A stretch of DNA of 63,996 nucleotides, the filler included, from Basidioascus undulatus (lineage: Eukaryota): assembly GCA_000826855.1 (NCBI GenBank). It is 6 parts of 6 records of this genome, joined end to end, with 100 filler letters (N's around TTAATTAATTAA, not from the genome) between each part and the next. Parts side by side here need not be neighbours in the genome. Positions count along the whole stretch, not along the records: positions 1 to 7,245 come from JTLS01001588.1; positions 7,346 to 14,570 come from JTLS01001589.1; 4 more parts are not named here. One strand, given 5' to 3'. The translations under genes and the position numbers were made by a program. Shown here piece after piece: positions 1 to 12,478 of the stretch. Under the pieces are notes generated by a model. It saw only the letters and a program-made list of their open reading frames with translations, searched no databases and had not been told where the DNA came from. The stretch's first letter is position 1. Each line of letters begins with the position of its first letter.

Positions 1-22
1 ACACCCCACCGCCCCTCGCCAG

Positions 23-884
23 GCCGCGAGCACAAAGCGCACACGTTCTCCTCGCCGATGCGGCCAGACCCGGAAAAGCTCTACATGCTCTCGATCGACG
101 CCGCCCGCGGGTCCGGGTTCAAGGACAGCCTGTACCTCTTCCGCAAGAACCTCATGCTTGTCAAGGTCACGCTCCCGCAGCACGAGAAGGAGGCGCTCAT
201 CGAGATGGGCCGCCTCAACCCCGGCCTCAAGAGCAGGAGCGTCACCATGGTTGCGTGCAGGAACGCGTTCAAGGTCCTTGGCGCGCGCATGATCAAAAGT
301 GCGTGGGCCCCTCTGATTCCTTTCGAGTTTGGGCTTTCGAATTTGGGAAATGGGAGAAGACGGCTAATTCTGATTGATCGTTGGTTGTGGCAGACGGACG
401 TCGCGTGGTGGACGACTACTACGAGGAGCGGGCGCGCGCCGAGTGCGCAGCGGAGGGCAAGACACCCGGCGCGCCGCTCTCAGACGTCGAGGACGTTGGG
501 CCCTCCGTCCTCCCCCCCGACCCCGAGCGCACCGGCTCGTTCGTCACGGGCGCGCTACCCGGTTCGGGCGCGTCCACGCCAGGTCCCTCGAACCTCCCGC
601 GCAACAAGTCGTTCTTCGCAGACCCCACGGACACGACGCACTGGGCGACGCATGCGGGGCTGCCGCCGTTCAGCAAGGAGGCGAGCTGGGCGAGCAAGCG
701 CGCGATGGCGGTCGAGCGCATCGACGAGCGAAACTGGATGGAGGTCTATGCGCGCGAGGTGCGCGGAGCGAACGAGGAGCTCGGCGAGGGGCGGGGGAGG
801 CGCTTGGGGAAGGGGAAGGGGAGGGAGAGGGAGAGAGAGAAGGCAACGACGCGCCCTTTTAGCTTGAAGGATCAACTTGAATGA
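23..884 (+). CDS. Chromatin-remodelling complex Rsc7/Swp82 (Npl6)-family subunit, 5'-partial
   Basis: After the acceptor at 21-22 it reads REHKAHTFSSPMRPDPEKLYMLSIDAARGSGFKDSLYLFRKN...RSVTMVACRNAFKVLGARMIK; intron 299-393; then GRRVVDDYYEERARAE. These are hallmark CRC_subunit motifs. Upstream exons lie outside the window and the 3' end is approximate. Confidence 0.85.
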
Positions 885-948
885 ATTCCTGTCCCATCAG
901 CAAGCTGACCTTACTTCCAATGAAGGGCGAGGCGGAGGCCGGTCCCGT

Positions 949-1034
949 AATGAAGGCCGTGCATGTTGGTGCATGCAAGTGCGTGCCCAGCAATGAAGGC
1001 CGTGCACGTTGGTGCATGCAAGTGCGTGCCCAGC
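949..1034. repeat. 43-bp direct tandem duplication (2 copies, 1 mismatch)
   Basis: aatgaaggccgtgcaYgttggtgcatgcaagtgcgtgcccagc at 949-991 and 992-1034. Confidence 0.95.
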
Positions 1035-1366
1035 AACACCAAGCCACTTCGCTCCGATGTCGCGCACTTCGGTCGCTATTAGCCGAAGCACTTAATCCTG
1101 ACGGCACTCACCAAGAGAGCGCCATTAATGTCGCTCTGGTCCCAGATATTATTTCAGGATGTCAGAAGCCCGAATATGACCCACCTTTACTATCATACCG
1201 CTTACGACCTATCGCATTTGCGAAGATCGCCTATCAAGGGTAGCGAACAGGCACTGACAGATCGGTCACCGGAGTGCGCGCAGCAAGCATCTCACAATAA
1301 AGGTCATAATTTGGTCAATTAAATGAATGAGCTTCTTAATGAGATCAATGAAGATTGTCCACAACA

Positions 1367-4293
1367 TCAAGTAGAAACGGGCGCTGCGTATGGCGGGGGT
1401 AGCGGTGGCAGCACGTCCATGCCCTCGAACAGGACGACCTGCATGCCGACCGTAAGATGTTGACTGAATGGAATCGACCGGATCAAAATATTTCACAATT
1501 CCTCTAACTCCCAGACGACTCACCCAATATGGCAGTGCAGCAAATTGGGCCCAGGATTGACAGCTACGTATCGAACAATCAGCCAGCTCGGCTCCGTCGC
1601 AGCCGCCAGTGTGTTCCAACCATCTGGAGTAGCAAAGGGTCAGAATAATGGTAAAACGCCATTATTATAGCCTATAAAAGCTACTCACCCCTCAGAGGCG
1701 GGTTGTTGAGATTCAGGAAATCCGGTTGAGCTGCTACCGCTTCTGCGACCGACTCGTATGGGAACTCCCCGATGCCGGCGCCGAGCACGAACGCCTTATT
1801 GAAGTGCTGCGGATGTACAGATTATAGTTGAGGCAGGAAGTAGCAATCATCATCTGAAACAGGTGTGCTAACTTTGTGAACGGGATGATTGGGGCTGCAG
1901 GAGATCGCGCGTTAGCGACAGAAGCACAAGGAGGTCGCGATGCACGTACTTCGGAGGTGGCACAACATGTATGACGTCCACGATCGAGTTGTTGGAAACC
2001 CACGCGATTCTCGGGTCCGCATCAGCGAGTGCTCGAAGCTCTTGAGGTGTTCGCCAGATGTACGGGGGCTGCTCCTCGTCTGTGCCCGTCAGTCCCGACG
2101 CGTTGAACGCCCAGGACGTCGCGTCAGGACGGCCAAAGTTGAACCGAAGCGTGACGTCCGCGGGGCCTTGCGGCGGAGCGACAGGGGGGTAAGGGACGAT
2201 GGAGAAGGGGTCCATAACGGTAGCGTTAGGATGAGCGGCTGAGCCGGTGCCGGCGAAGCTGATGAAGGGCGTGGAGGAGGGAAGAGGAGGGTATCCGGGA
2301 AGGGCGGAGAGAACGGGCTCGACGTCGGCCTTGTATCTCAGGATCGCGAAGCCGGACATGGTCTGAAAGCGGTAGCACGCAGTGTGAGTACGATGCTTTC
2401 TACAGATCGGCGTGGAAAGTATACCAACCTGGGCGATGTCCGGAATGGCTGCACGGATAGTGTAGGCCCCTGCAGGCTTGTCAAGCTTGATGAACACCTG
2501 ATAACGCTCGCCGACGGGGACCTACCTCTTCCAAGTGTAAGCCATCTCAAGTAATGCTCAGGGAATAGCGAACTAGCGAACGTACCGTGATGCTTTGAAC
2601 TTCGACAGGCTCGTGGTACTGTCCGTCCGCAGCTGCCCAACAGTTCTTCAGCCAAGGACTTTCACGTTCTGGGGCGGTTCATCGATTTGAATGCGTGCTC
2701 ACCGTAAAAAACGAATGGATGCTCATCAATGGAAACTGCAAGTGAGAGCTGTCAGTTCCCGCTCGAATCAGTGGGGAGAAACAGCTTCACTTTGCAGCAG
2801 GTACAGAGCGCCAGTGTTCACCAGCGAAAGGGACGCCCAGCAGTTCTCGGGGTCGACCACGAGGACCTCGAGCTCGACCTCTCCACCCGTCGGTGTGCAG
2901 GTGTCGCTGAAGTAGATTGGGTCCACGGAAGGCGGGATCGAAGGGGCGGAAGGGTTGAGGATGGGCAATTCCAGGCTCAGACAGCTGTATGGGTACAAAT
3001 CAGATTAGTGTTTTCTCAGGAGGAAGATGTGGAGCGAGACCCTCGAGCCGTGTAGTTGCCGGCCTTGTATATCGCTGCAGCGGTCGCGAGCGTCTCCTCG
3101 TCCGGGCAGACGATTGCGCCCTTGCCGTTGATGATGACAGACTCGACGCATCTGTTGGAAACGTGCCAGTCCTGTATCAGACCATATTTTGAGTATACAA
3201 TGGCAGGTACTGTAACACACAGAGGCTCGATGCCGCTCTCGACCCAGTGCGAGCGGAGCTGCTCGCTGGTGAGATGACGCCTATCGGTTGAGTCGAATAC
3301 GGCAAAGTGTGAGCGACAAGCGGGATGCTATTCAGGACTTTCACTCAGGCTCACCAGTCGCGAAATTGCAGGACGTGTGTCTCGCGGTGCGCTTTCTCAA
3401 GCGCGCGGACATCGTTCTCGTCGTCCGAGATGAGGTGGAACGGCGCCGGACGTCCAGGTGTAGGGCTGAGTTATATCATAGTTATCGCTGGGGCTTTAGT
3501 TAAATAGGGAAGAGGATCCACTGAATGATGATGGGACCAGAGAGGCCGTCCTCAATCTCGTCTGCCAAGGCGGGTCAGCCTTCGGGGGCTGGTTCTCGAC
3601 AAGAGGATTCGCGCACCGTGGAAATGGCCGTGGTACCAATACTACTCAGACCGAATTTCAGTATCAAACCGTGCTTTTTCGACAGCTAAGTCCCAGATAC
3701 AAGGCCAGGCTCCGCCGCAGTCCACCTGTACGTGAAGCTCTCGTTCGTGCGGATAGGCAGCTGCGTGACACCCGGAACCTGGCATAAAAGTTGGCTCAGA
3801 ACCCCTTTTTTACTTTCCCCAGAAATTAGGCCTACTCCGTCGCTCCAAGGAGTGCCGACCTGCGCAATGCCGTGGAAGTGGATGGTGATGTCCTTCTCGA
3901 CTTGCGAATGTACGAGGACCTTGCATCCGAGCAGCAAGCGTCTGTCAGCATAATCCTCTCTTTGTTTAGACGGTTTAAGAGTGGACGTACTTCCACCTCG
4001 TCCCCCTCCTCTATTTCCAGCTTCGGCCCCGGGAACTTGCCGTTGATCAAAAACACCTTCCTGTGATCACGGCCAAATGTCAGACAACTGCAGGGGATCT
4101 CATATTCTGGCCAGAAGATGGGAATTTACCGGGCCGCGCCTCCATCAGGTGAGACCTCCCCCTGGGTCACGGTCAGCTCGACGCGCTTGAGCGGAGCCTC
4201 CGGTGTGTCCCCAAAGCGCGACTCGAGCGGGTGTGCGAGCGCGGTCGCCGCGAAAACCAGTGCGAAGGAGAGTGCAAACGGGAGGGCGTGCAT
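1367..4293 (-). CDS. Secreted multicopper oxidase (laccase-like, yA/TilA-type), multi-exon
   Basis: Signal peptide MHALPFALSFALVFAATALA. All four Cu-binding motifs are recovered after splicing: IHFHG, YWYHGH, HPVHK|H, LLHCHIG|QHLTVGM. Stop TGA at 1367-1369. Confidence 0.93.
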
Positions 4294-5429
4294 TTCGGGA
4301 GACGCAGAATTAAGTGACAAGGGAGAATGAATCGACGCCTTCCTGAAGTTGCTGTTTTTGTATGCCAGGCAGACCGGGAACTACTCCTCACTAAGCCGTC
4401 CGCACAGCAAACGAACCATACGCACATGCCAGAGGCGGCCCTTACCAAGTCCCGGGCACTCAGAAATCATGTGGGAGGGCCATTACGCCCCCGTCGAAGT
4501 ATTACGAGGAAGTGGACGTAGGGTCTGTACACAGCTTACAGATCACGGAGCGGACGGCGCGGGGTCAATTGGGGTCAATTGCAGCCCTTGAGCGGCATGC
4601 CGCTGCGTATGCCAGCGGCATTTGCGCGCCACGAGGCGGACGGGGATAATGAAAGATACGCGCGATGTTGTTTGGGAACAGAAGACGTGCTTCTGGACGT
4701 GCTTTTGAAGCGTCTTGGCTGGGATGAGCGGGCCTCAGCGTCGGTCGGGTCGCTCAGCATGATGAACCTGTGATGTGCAAGTCGGCAGGGCGTATAAGAG
4801 CCCGGGTGAAGGTTATTAAAAACCATAGAGTTTCCAATAAATGAAAAAGGATACAGCATGGTCTCGCGATGACGCCTAACTGGACGCGTGAAGCTCACCG
4901 TTCAACGCGACAACTGAAACTCCGGAGATGTAGCGTGCAGACAGGCGGCATCGCCAGATCCTATGCTGTATCCTTGTTCATTTATTCGAACCTCAAGAGT
5001 TTGGAGTTTCTAAAGAAAGGATGAACAGTGTGCCTTCAACAGCCCATAGCAGCGCTGATGGCGAACTTGTGGCTTCTGCGTGTCGCTTCAGCAATACCGT
5101 GACTGTCGCCTCGCTCCCCGATGGGACACTGGCGACTGGTAGAGATGCTCGGGAGCCATGCATGCTCAGTTATTTCTTACTGTACTCCCCTGACTGGCGG
5201 TTACCCTTCAGGCCTTCGCAGTGTTCTTCCTGCGTAGTGCGAGGCTCGCCGCACAGCGCGTTTTTAGCCAGCCTGAGGTCTTCAGCTTTTCATCTCCAAC
5301 TCAATGGTCTGTATGCCCTTACAGGCTGATTAACTGCTTAAAGTAAAGGCAAATCCTTTATCGACATGAATCCATGTGGAAGGCTGAGGTGCGTGGTACC
5401 GCAGTCCTTCAACAACCCGGCACAACCTC

Positions 5430-5648
5430 GATCAGACCGCTCTTACCGGTCGGCTTATGCACATTTTTAGCCCTCCCGCGTATTGGGGTGTCCCAGAAAC
5501 TCCCAATACTGCAATTGTTCCGGTCAGGGATGTGTGGAAAGGAAAGGTCCTGGATACTGGCACGAGGCTCCAGAGCGTTCCGAAGCACGAGGCCAACGCG
5601 CTCGTTGTGCCTGCCTCGTTGCAGGGCCGTCCGTTCCGAGCACGTTGA
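5430..5648 (+). pseudogene. Possible relic of a GH27 alpha-galactosidase C-terminal beta-sandwich
   Basis: VRDVWKGKVLDTGTRLQSVPKHEANALVV resembles the VRDLW...VPxHG..ALL signature. No catalytic domain recognised upstream. Confidence 0.3.
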
Positions 5649-6863
5649 AGTTCAATTTCCGTGCATATTGCTAATAATTTCTATTTACCTTCTTCGTCTC
5701 CCAATCGCGGCATTAAAAAGCAAGCGGAGGCTTGCACTGCGCACAAAGGGTGGTGCTTTTGTCCCTCGGTGCATATTCACCTTCATTGCAGTCAAACCAA
5801 CTCCAGGCTCTTAAATCCTGTCCGCCTGGACCGGAAGAAATTTTCACCCAGCTCGATGCGTGATAGGCTGCGATCCTTTCCGTCCGCAACCCTCGTCCCC
5901 CATCCCGCCTCCTCCCCCTTCCCAGCTCTTCGCGACCCTCCCAGCCTCCTCATCACCATTCACAAGATACCTCACAAACGCAATGCATGACATGTATGCC
6001 AGGGTATCAGCAGACACCAACAGTTAGAGTCGGATAAAATGATGGCAGGATGGCAGGCAGAGGCTAGCCTGACCGGATGGCACTTCACGTGCAAACGGCC
6101 CACGCACGCACATTTGCCGCGTATCTGCGACAAAATCTGCGACGCGTTTCGCGAAACTGCTGGAAGATCGGCCGTGTGTTTGTGGACAGTAGCCGTGTAG
6201 GTTGAGAGTGTATTAAAGTGTAGGTGGAGAGTTCAGCGGTGACAGATGAAAGAGGAGGAAGGATGCTGCTGAAAGTGCGCTGACTGCCCATCGATCCCAG
6301 CCTGCAGAGCGCTGGGGCATGTACGAATCTGGGATGAGGATCTGCATCTGCACCTGCTGCGGGCTGTGGCATGATTCGGAACCGATATGCATTCAAGTCG
6401 TGTCGTGGTTGCCAGCCCCTGGTTGGCGGGTGTAAACCCGTTCGGACTTGCGCCTTGAATTGCGCACAGAACGACTCGCGGGCCCAGACCGAGGCCCTCA
6501 ACCGCTGCGCTGCGCTTCTCAATCGCTGTTCCGCCTGCTCGCTCGCCCGCCGCGGAATGGCCGCCTCTCCTATTCGCCTCCTCGTTTCGCCCACCACCAT
6601 CACCAGCACCAGCACCAGCACCATCCACCTTACCGCTATCGCCAGGGACTGAGCGATCCAGCCTGGCTGTAATCCATCCATCCTCACACGACCTCTACTT
6701 CGACACATTCGCCGTCCACTTTCCCACTCTCCCCACACCCCACTCCTCCCGCTCTCCCGTCCCATCCCCTTCCCCTTCAAACTTGACCTCTCACCTCTCC
6801 TCGGTCTCCCCCTCCCCACTCTCCCCGCTGCCGCTCTCCTCGCTCTGCCACTCACACGCCCGA

Positions 6864-7245
6864 ATGCCAATCACACAGAAAAAGAAGCGCAAGCGCGAGA
6901 CGGGCGAGGGCGTCCCTGCGTCCAACGGCGCTGGGGCAGGGGCGGGAGCGGGGCAGGTAACCGCGACTGCTCCGCCTGAGGCGAAGAGGGCTCGGCAGGG
7001 GGTACGTTCTCTTTCCCTTCTTCCTCCTCTTTCTCCACCTCTTTTTGCGTTCTCCGTCTTTCCTTCTTGGACGCTGATAGGGGGGAAGCAGGACATCGAC
7101 CCCCGCGCGATGACCGCCCCGCCGGGTCGGTTCGGGATCGGCGTAGGAGTAGGAGGAGGCGCGGCGGGGAGGTTGGGCAGTATGCCTGCTGGGGGACGGG
7201 GCTAGGGGTTGGGAGCAGAGAAGAAGAAGGACTACGGACCCTAAT
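6864..7245 (+). CDS. 5' fragment of an unknown, probably nuclear protein next to an assembly gap
   Basis: ATG after a pyrimidine-rich leader; MPITQKKKRKRE (NLS-like); plausible intron 7002-7091 (GTACGT..GCTGAT..CAG). The spliced frame meets TAG at 7203-7205, so further splicing would be needed to reach the gap. Confidence 0.35.
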
Positions 7246-7345
7246 NNNNNNNNNNNNNNNNNNNNNNNNNNNNNNNNNNNNNNNNNNNNTTAATTAATTA
7301 ANNNNNNNNNNNNNNNNNNNNNNNNNNNNNNNNNNNNNNNNNNNN
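7246..7345. other. Artificial scaffold spacer (44N-TTAATTAATTAA-44N)
   Basis: Six-frame-stop linker embedded in Ns; identical structure at five sites. Confidence 0.98.
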
Positions 7346-7999
7346 GGTCGCCCGCGCCCGGACCTCCCCCCGCGGCATCCCGCATCCAGTCCCCGCCTCC
7401 GCCCTTCCACCTCGCCCCCAGCACCATCCCCACCAGAAGGCTCGTCTTCCCGCTTCCGGGCGGGCCCGATATCTCGAGCGTCATTCCCGCGGATATCCCT
7501 CCCTGGGAGGGGAGGAGCGCATCGAGCGCGCGCGCGCGGAGGGAGAAGCGCACCGCGCGGCTCGGGCGCGAGGCGAGCAGCTGGGAGGCGGTGAATGCTT
7601 GGGTTTGTGGAGGGGCTGTGGGGAGAGGTGTCGGAGTTTAGTCTCATGTTGTATATTGTGGACGGAATGAACGCACGAGGTGTGGAAGAAGCCGATAAGC
7701 GGAGGACGTGCGCTGCGGCGGAGAGGGTGATCTTCGCCTCTGGCTCCGTCATACCCGACATTAACACCAGTCCCCTGCCCATAACTCCAGACCGCCAACC
7801 CACCCTTGACCAGCGTCTCCGCGTTCACCCCGCGCAAGTCGGCCGTCGTCAAGTACCCGGCCACAGCGAGCCTCCTCTGCACGGAGGGGGCGAGCTTGAG
7901 GGACGCGATGGAGGTCGCGCTGCCGGGGGGAGCGGGGAACGAGGAGATGTGCGCGGGCCTGTGGCACGAGGTGGATGCTGTGGAAGTTGCGGTCGCCAT
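7346..7999 (-). CDS. RAD51 paralog (RAD51C/D-Rad55-like recombination ATPase), 3'-truncated by gap
   Basis: N-terminal HhH-like SIASLKLAPSVQRRLAVAGYLTTADL, then LDALL...GGISAGMTLEISGPPGSGKTSL (RecA-fold Walker A). Confidence 0.85.
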
Positions 8000-8289
8000 T
8001 TTGTGGTGATTAAAGGAGGAGGAGGCGCAAAGTAATGGGTTCTTGGGAAGAGAAGGCGGACGCGTCGGGCACGCGTCGGCCTCGATCTCCGGGGTCGGTC
8101 CGTGGAATTTCAAAGCATAGTTCTTTTTGCTTTTTGGACGGATCGGAATGCGTATAAATTGCGAGAGGCCTCAGGGAATGTAGATGACCAAAGATCCGAC
8201 TTTAGCTTGCTGGCGAAGGCTGCCCCGTCCGGTCTTCATTCCCAACACCCTGGCACCTTTCGAAGCCATTTCAAGCATCCTGAGCCGAC

Positions 8290-9331
8290 TCAAATCCCCG
8301 CATGCTCAACAGCATACAATCCGAGCTCCTCCCGCTCTCTCTCGCCGCATCCCTCCGGGTCGCCCTCGCGCGCACACCACACCCTCCTGACCCTGCACGT
8401 TGCGTACAACTTGACCCAGCTGACCTCGCGGAAGCGTCCCAATGGCGCGGCACCCTCGCCGTCGGACAGTGCGGCGTCCCCGAAGTGCGGGAGGAGCGCA
8501 GCGAGGTTGAGCGAGACAGTCGACCAGGGCGTAAGGGTCGATGCGGCGCGCCGGGGCGGGAGGCGGAGCGGGAGGTGTAGGAGCGGTGGGTTGTGCGTGG
8601 GGTGAAGGGTGGCTATTGGCTGGAGGGAAGGAGAAGAGTCAGCGCTGTTATGGAGGGGCTGGAACACCGAATGGCCGTGTACCGTAGGGAGCGACGAGCG
8701 CTATGTCGCACTGTGACCAGGCACGTCTTCCTCCACAAGTAGCTCGGCGCCATGAAAGGAACAAGCACATGCATGCGCGTCGAAGATGCACATTCCTCTC
8801 CAAAAATTGCCTCTCTGACTTCTTCGACGTCCTTTCAACACCCTCCTCGGGACTTACCTGGAACGTGCTGCACCTGATGACCCCCGTCCTTCCAGTGGTG
8901 CCCACCACGCCCACCTCTACCGCCAGCGGCCTCCCCAAATCCTTCACCTGAAAGTGTACGAAACCGAGCTCAATCCCAAGCCCCTCGGGCGCGGCGCCTT
9001 CGGGCGGGCAGCGAATGTACGTCGTGGGAAGCGTGGGCGACTGGATGTGCAAGACGGGATGGACGATGTCCCCGCGCGGGTTGGAGGGCGTCTTCGGGCG
9101 CAGGTCGAGCCACGGTGGGGGCGGGGAGGCGTCAGAGGGGAGAAGCGTGATGAGCGAATCGGTTGGGAGAGTGGGGTCCGTGTGCTCCGACCAAAGCTGC
9201 AGCGGGTGCGAGGAGAGGGTGGACAGCAGCGTGAGCAGCGGGGGCTGGGAAAATGGCGCAAGGTGACGTGTTAGTGCGGGAAAGGAAGGGAATTGAAGAT
9301 GCAAGTTTACTTGGACTGTGGCCTTGAACAT
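8290..9331 (-). CDS. CFAP20: CFAP20/BUG22 (DUF667) family protein, 3 exons
   Basis: MFKATVQ|PPLLTLLSTLSSHPLQLW...TYIRCP...GLGIELGFVHFQVKDLGRPLAVEVGV...IRCSTFQ|...LHLPLRL...WSTVSLNL...VKLYATCRVRRVW is colinear with CFAP20 motifs (MFKNTFQ, PLQIW, TYITCP, HANCRIRRVYF). Confidence 0.85.
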
Positions 9332-10228
9332 CCTGCGGGCGAGATGTCGGCCGGGTGGTCACGGAACGGCGAGGAAGATGATGGTCGAGGGCAAAGGGCC
9401 AGGCAGGCAACGCATAGCGTTGTTCTCCTTCCCTAAGTCCTCGCTTGTCTTGTCTTGTCTTTGCAGTCGCTCTCGTACTGCAGACCATAGTTCTAGTGGC
9501 TGAGTTTCGACAAGGTAAAGCTTTCCTGACTCATGGACACCGGCATAACCTGTTTGTAAACCATTGCACAGGGAGCGTCGGTACATACGGCATCGGTTGC
9601 CTGCCTTACACAGCCTTATGGAGCCTTCGACCACAGTTCATCTGTGAATGCATAAGCAAGTTTGTGTTCCAGATCGGGCTCTTCTCCTTCCCCTTGCTCG
9701 GCAAGTTACTGTGAAAGACTGTGGACGCGGTTGGGAGAGCTGGACTATAGTCTAGTGGCGGCAGACTGCACATTCGCATATCCCCTAGTGTCTCACAATC
9801 TTCTCTTGCTGGAATATGTATATTGGACGTCGAATACATTCAGTATACAAAGCAGATATATTGATTTTGCACATCGAAGGCAAGAAAGCCGCAGGACTTG
9901 TTTGCTGGTCGGCACCACACTGTGACTGCCAACAAACCCTTCAAACGACGATCATGATGCGAACAGTGATTCCTGATTGATGTGACCTACGTATGCGGAA
10001 TTAAGTTGGTATGAAACTTTCGCGGCCTTCCCTCAGACTGCGGCATCGACGGTCTCTCAGTTGTTAGTACCCTTTGCCTTTGTGCCCCTTTGGGAAGGTC
10101 TCACCATATCACCGTTGTCAAACCAAGCGTGTTGCTGTCTTCAACTTCGCTCTTGTTCTCCCTCCTTGCTCTCGTTCGAACCCCGCTTCTTTTTGTACTC
10201 CACCTCTCGCCCATCGCAGTCGCCTCTC

Positions 10229-11289
10229 ATGCCCATGAGCCCTTCCTCCCCGAGCCGCTCGGACGAGCTCGAGCACTCCGCATCCGCTCACCTCTCTGCC
10301 GAACTAACGCCCGAGCTCGTCATCCAAGCGATGTGCTAGTTCAGCGCCTCGATGGAGCGTGGCATCCAAGCGATGTGCTAGTTCAGCGCCTCGATGGAGC
10401 GTGGCGATCTGGGCGACGCCGTGCTGCAACGCCTGCACGTACCGCCGGACAAGTTCGACAGGGTCCAACGGACGCTCAATGGCGACTAGGGAGGTTGTAC
10501 GACCTTCCGACAGGTTGAGGTGCGTGTCGATCTCTTCTATAAAAGTCTCTCCCCTGAACTGTGCCCGCTCCTCCGAAGGTACATGTGCGACTATGCGACG
10601 GAGACCTTGATCCTTCGGTGCGGGCATAGCCACGCCCAGGGCCTAATTGTTGGGTTCCTCCGCGATCAGTCTTGCTCCATCCACGACTTCATTTCGGCTC
10701 AGATGGCCTGCGCCTCTCCACCTCGGTTCAGCTGCGTCGGCCAGGCCCACCACGTGCTCGAGTTCGATGGCAAAGTCTTCAGATTCCAGCAGCCCGCCAC
10801 CGCCTTCCAGGTCCTTGACATTAACAGCCCGCGCGAGTTCCGTACGAGGGCCTCCTCCATGCCACGTGGTCATGGCTCTGAGGGAGCAGCGGCGAGGTGC
10901 AGGTTGTCATTGCCGTGACGGTCACGCAGCCGGCTGCGTCGGACATGGCGGACCTCAACGCTTGGGAGGTGTTCTTCGAGGTGTGGGAGCGGATGGAGGA
11001 AGACGTAGACGACTGTACAATTGTACTTCATATATCATGTTGCCTTGAACGGCCCGTATTCATACCAAGCATCGACGTCCCCGCAGACCTTTCCAACGAC
11101 GGCCTCTCCGACAACGGCACCGCCTACGCTCACAGGGGGTACAAGATTAATCGACGAGGAGAGCGAATCGTAAGACATTTCATACTTTCCCTATTTCACC
11201 CATTTAACTATCTGCGCGCAATCCTTCCAATTCTGACCTCCGACCGCCCACAGTACCTCTTCAACACCTTCCGACAACCTCATCAGTAG
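10229..11289 (+). pseudogene. Degenerate F-box-like gene
   Basis: LSAELTPELVIQAMC* (F-box-like start interrupted by TAG), internal 42-bp duplication, further protein-like segments in shifted frames. Confidence 0.35.
10321..10404. repeat. Perfect 42-bp tandem duplication
   Basis: catccaagcgatgtgctagttcagcgcctcgatggagcgtgg at 10321-10362 and 10363-10404. Confidence 0.97.
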
Positions 11290-12478
11290 CGGCACCCTTG
11301 CCCTCACCCTCCACCTCGAAAACTTCGTCGGCGAGCACCTTCTCTCCCCCGGCCCGGGAAACATCTCTTCCTCCACATACGGACCCGACCCCGAAGCCGA
11401 GTTCCCCCTCCCCCTCTCCGAACTCGAAAAGCACTTCCGCAGTGGCATCCGAAAGATGGTCGTCGCGGAAGCGCACCGCCGCGAGCTGGAGGGAAGCGGG
11501 GGATAGAAGGGCACTGCTGATCCCGAAGCGGATGAGGCTAGGGGGGTGTGCAATTTATCTGTGTCTCTTTCAAAGATGAGGCATAGCAGCACGGAAAAGC
11601 AAAGGGCGGGTAGGGGTACCCAACGTGCCGCAAAACTGGCTTTTGAACGCGCCCTCGTCTCCCAAATGGTTTTTCTTGCTTTCTCTTTCTCCCCATATTC
11701 CGTCATTCCGAATATCATACCACCCGAGCACGCATGTTGGGCGTTTCCGGAAAAGCGAGCGATATGCTGTCTGCTCTTCGAGACTGCTTCACAACGGGTG
11801 GGCAGTTAGCTGGTGCGTTTCGCGAGAGCAATACCGTGCCCCATCATCAAACCGTCACTTGATAGCATCTCTGTCCTGATATGACAAATAGTTTATCGGT
11901 GATAGAAAGCAACATATGGAAAAGGATGTCGTCAAGTCGTTGACATGTTCACATTCGATCCAGCGGATCCGGCCTGAGAGCCGCCGGGAGACCACACAAG
12001 TGCCGTGCATGGCCCAGAGCTTGTAACTTTTCATTAAACTTGTGTGTACAACGATCATATCGCAATCTATTCTGACATTGTCAGTGCGCAAAGGAGCGCA
12101 CAGTAGAAGAGCACGCATCGGTGAATGGACGGTAATTTCCGCAGCGCACTCCGCAGCCTACTTCGTCTCGGCAAGAATGTTTCTCGGAAATCGCTTCAAA
12201 GGAAAAGCGAAGCAGATCAGTATAATTACGGTGATGTATGTGTATGTGTCAATGTGATGAAAGACATAAGGTTGCTCAGGGCCGGCTCTCCCTCTCTTCG
12301 GCGCTCGAGCCCTACGCTCCTCCAACACCTCCTCCTCCATCTTCTTCAACGAACTCAACCCCCAAAGCTTACGAAGCGCTGTCCATAATCTTCCTGGTTC
12401 GGATCCACTGACCCAGTCAAAGTTCAATCGACGGCGTATCAGTCCATTTTTCCCGCTGTCACGGTCACCCCTTCGCTC

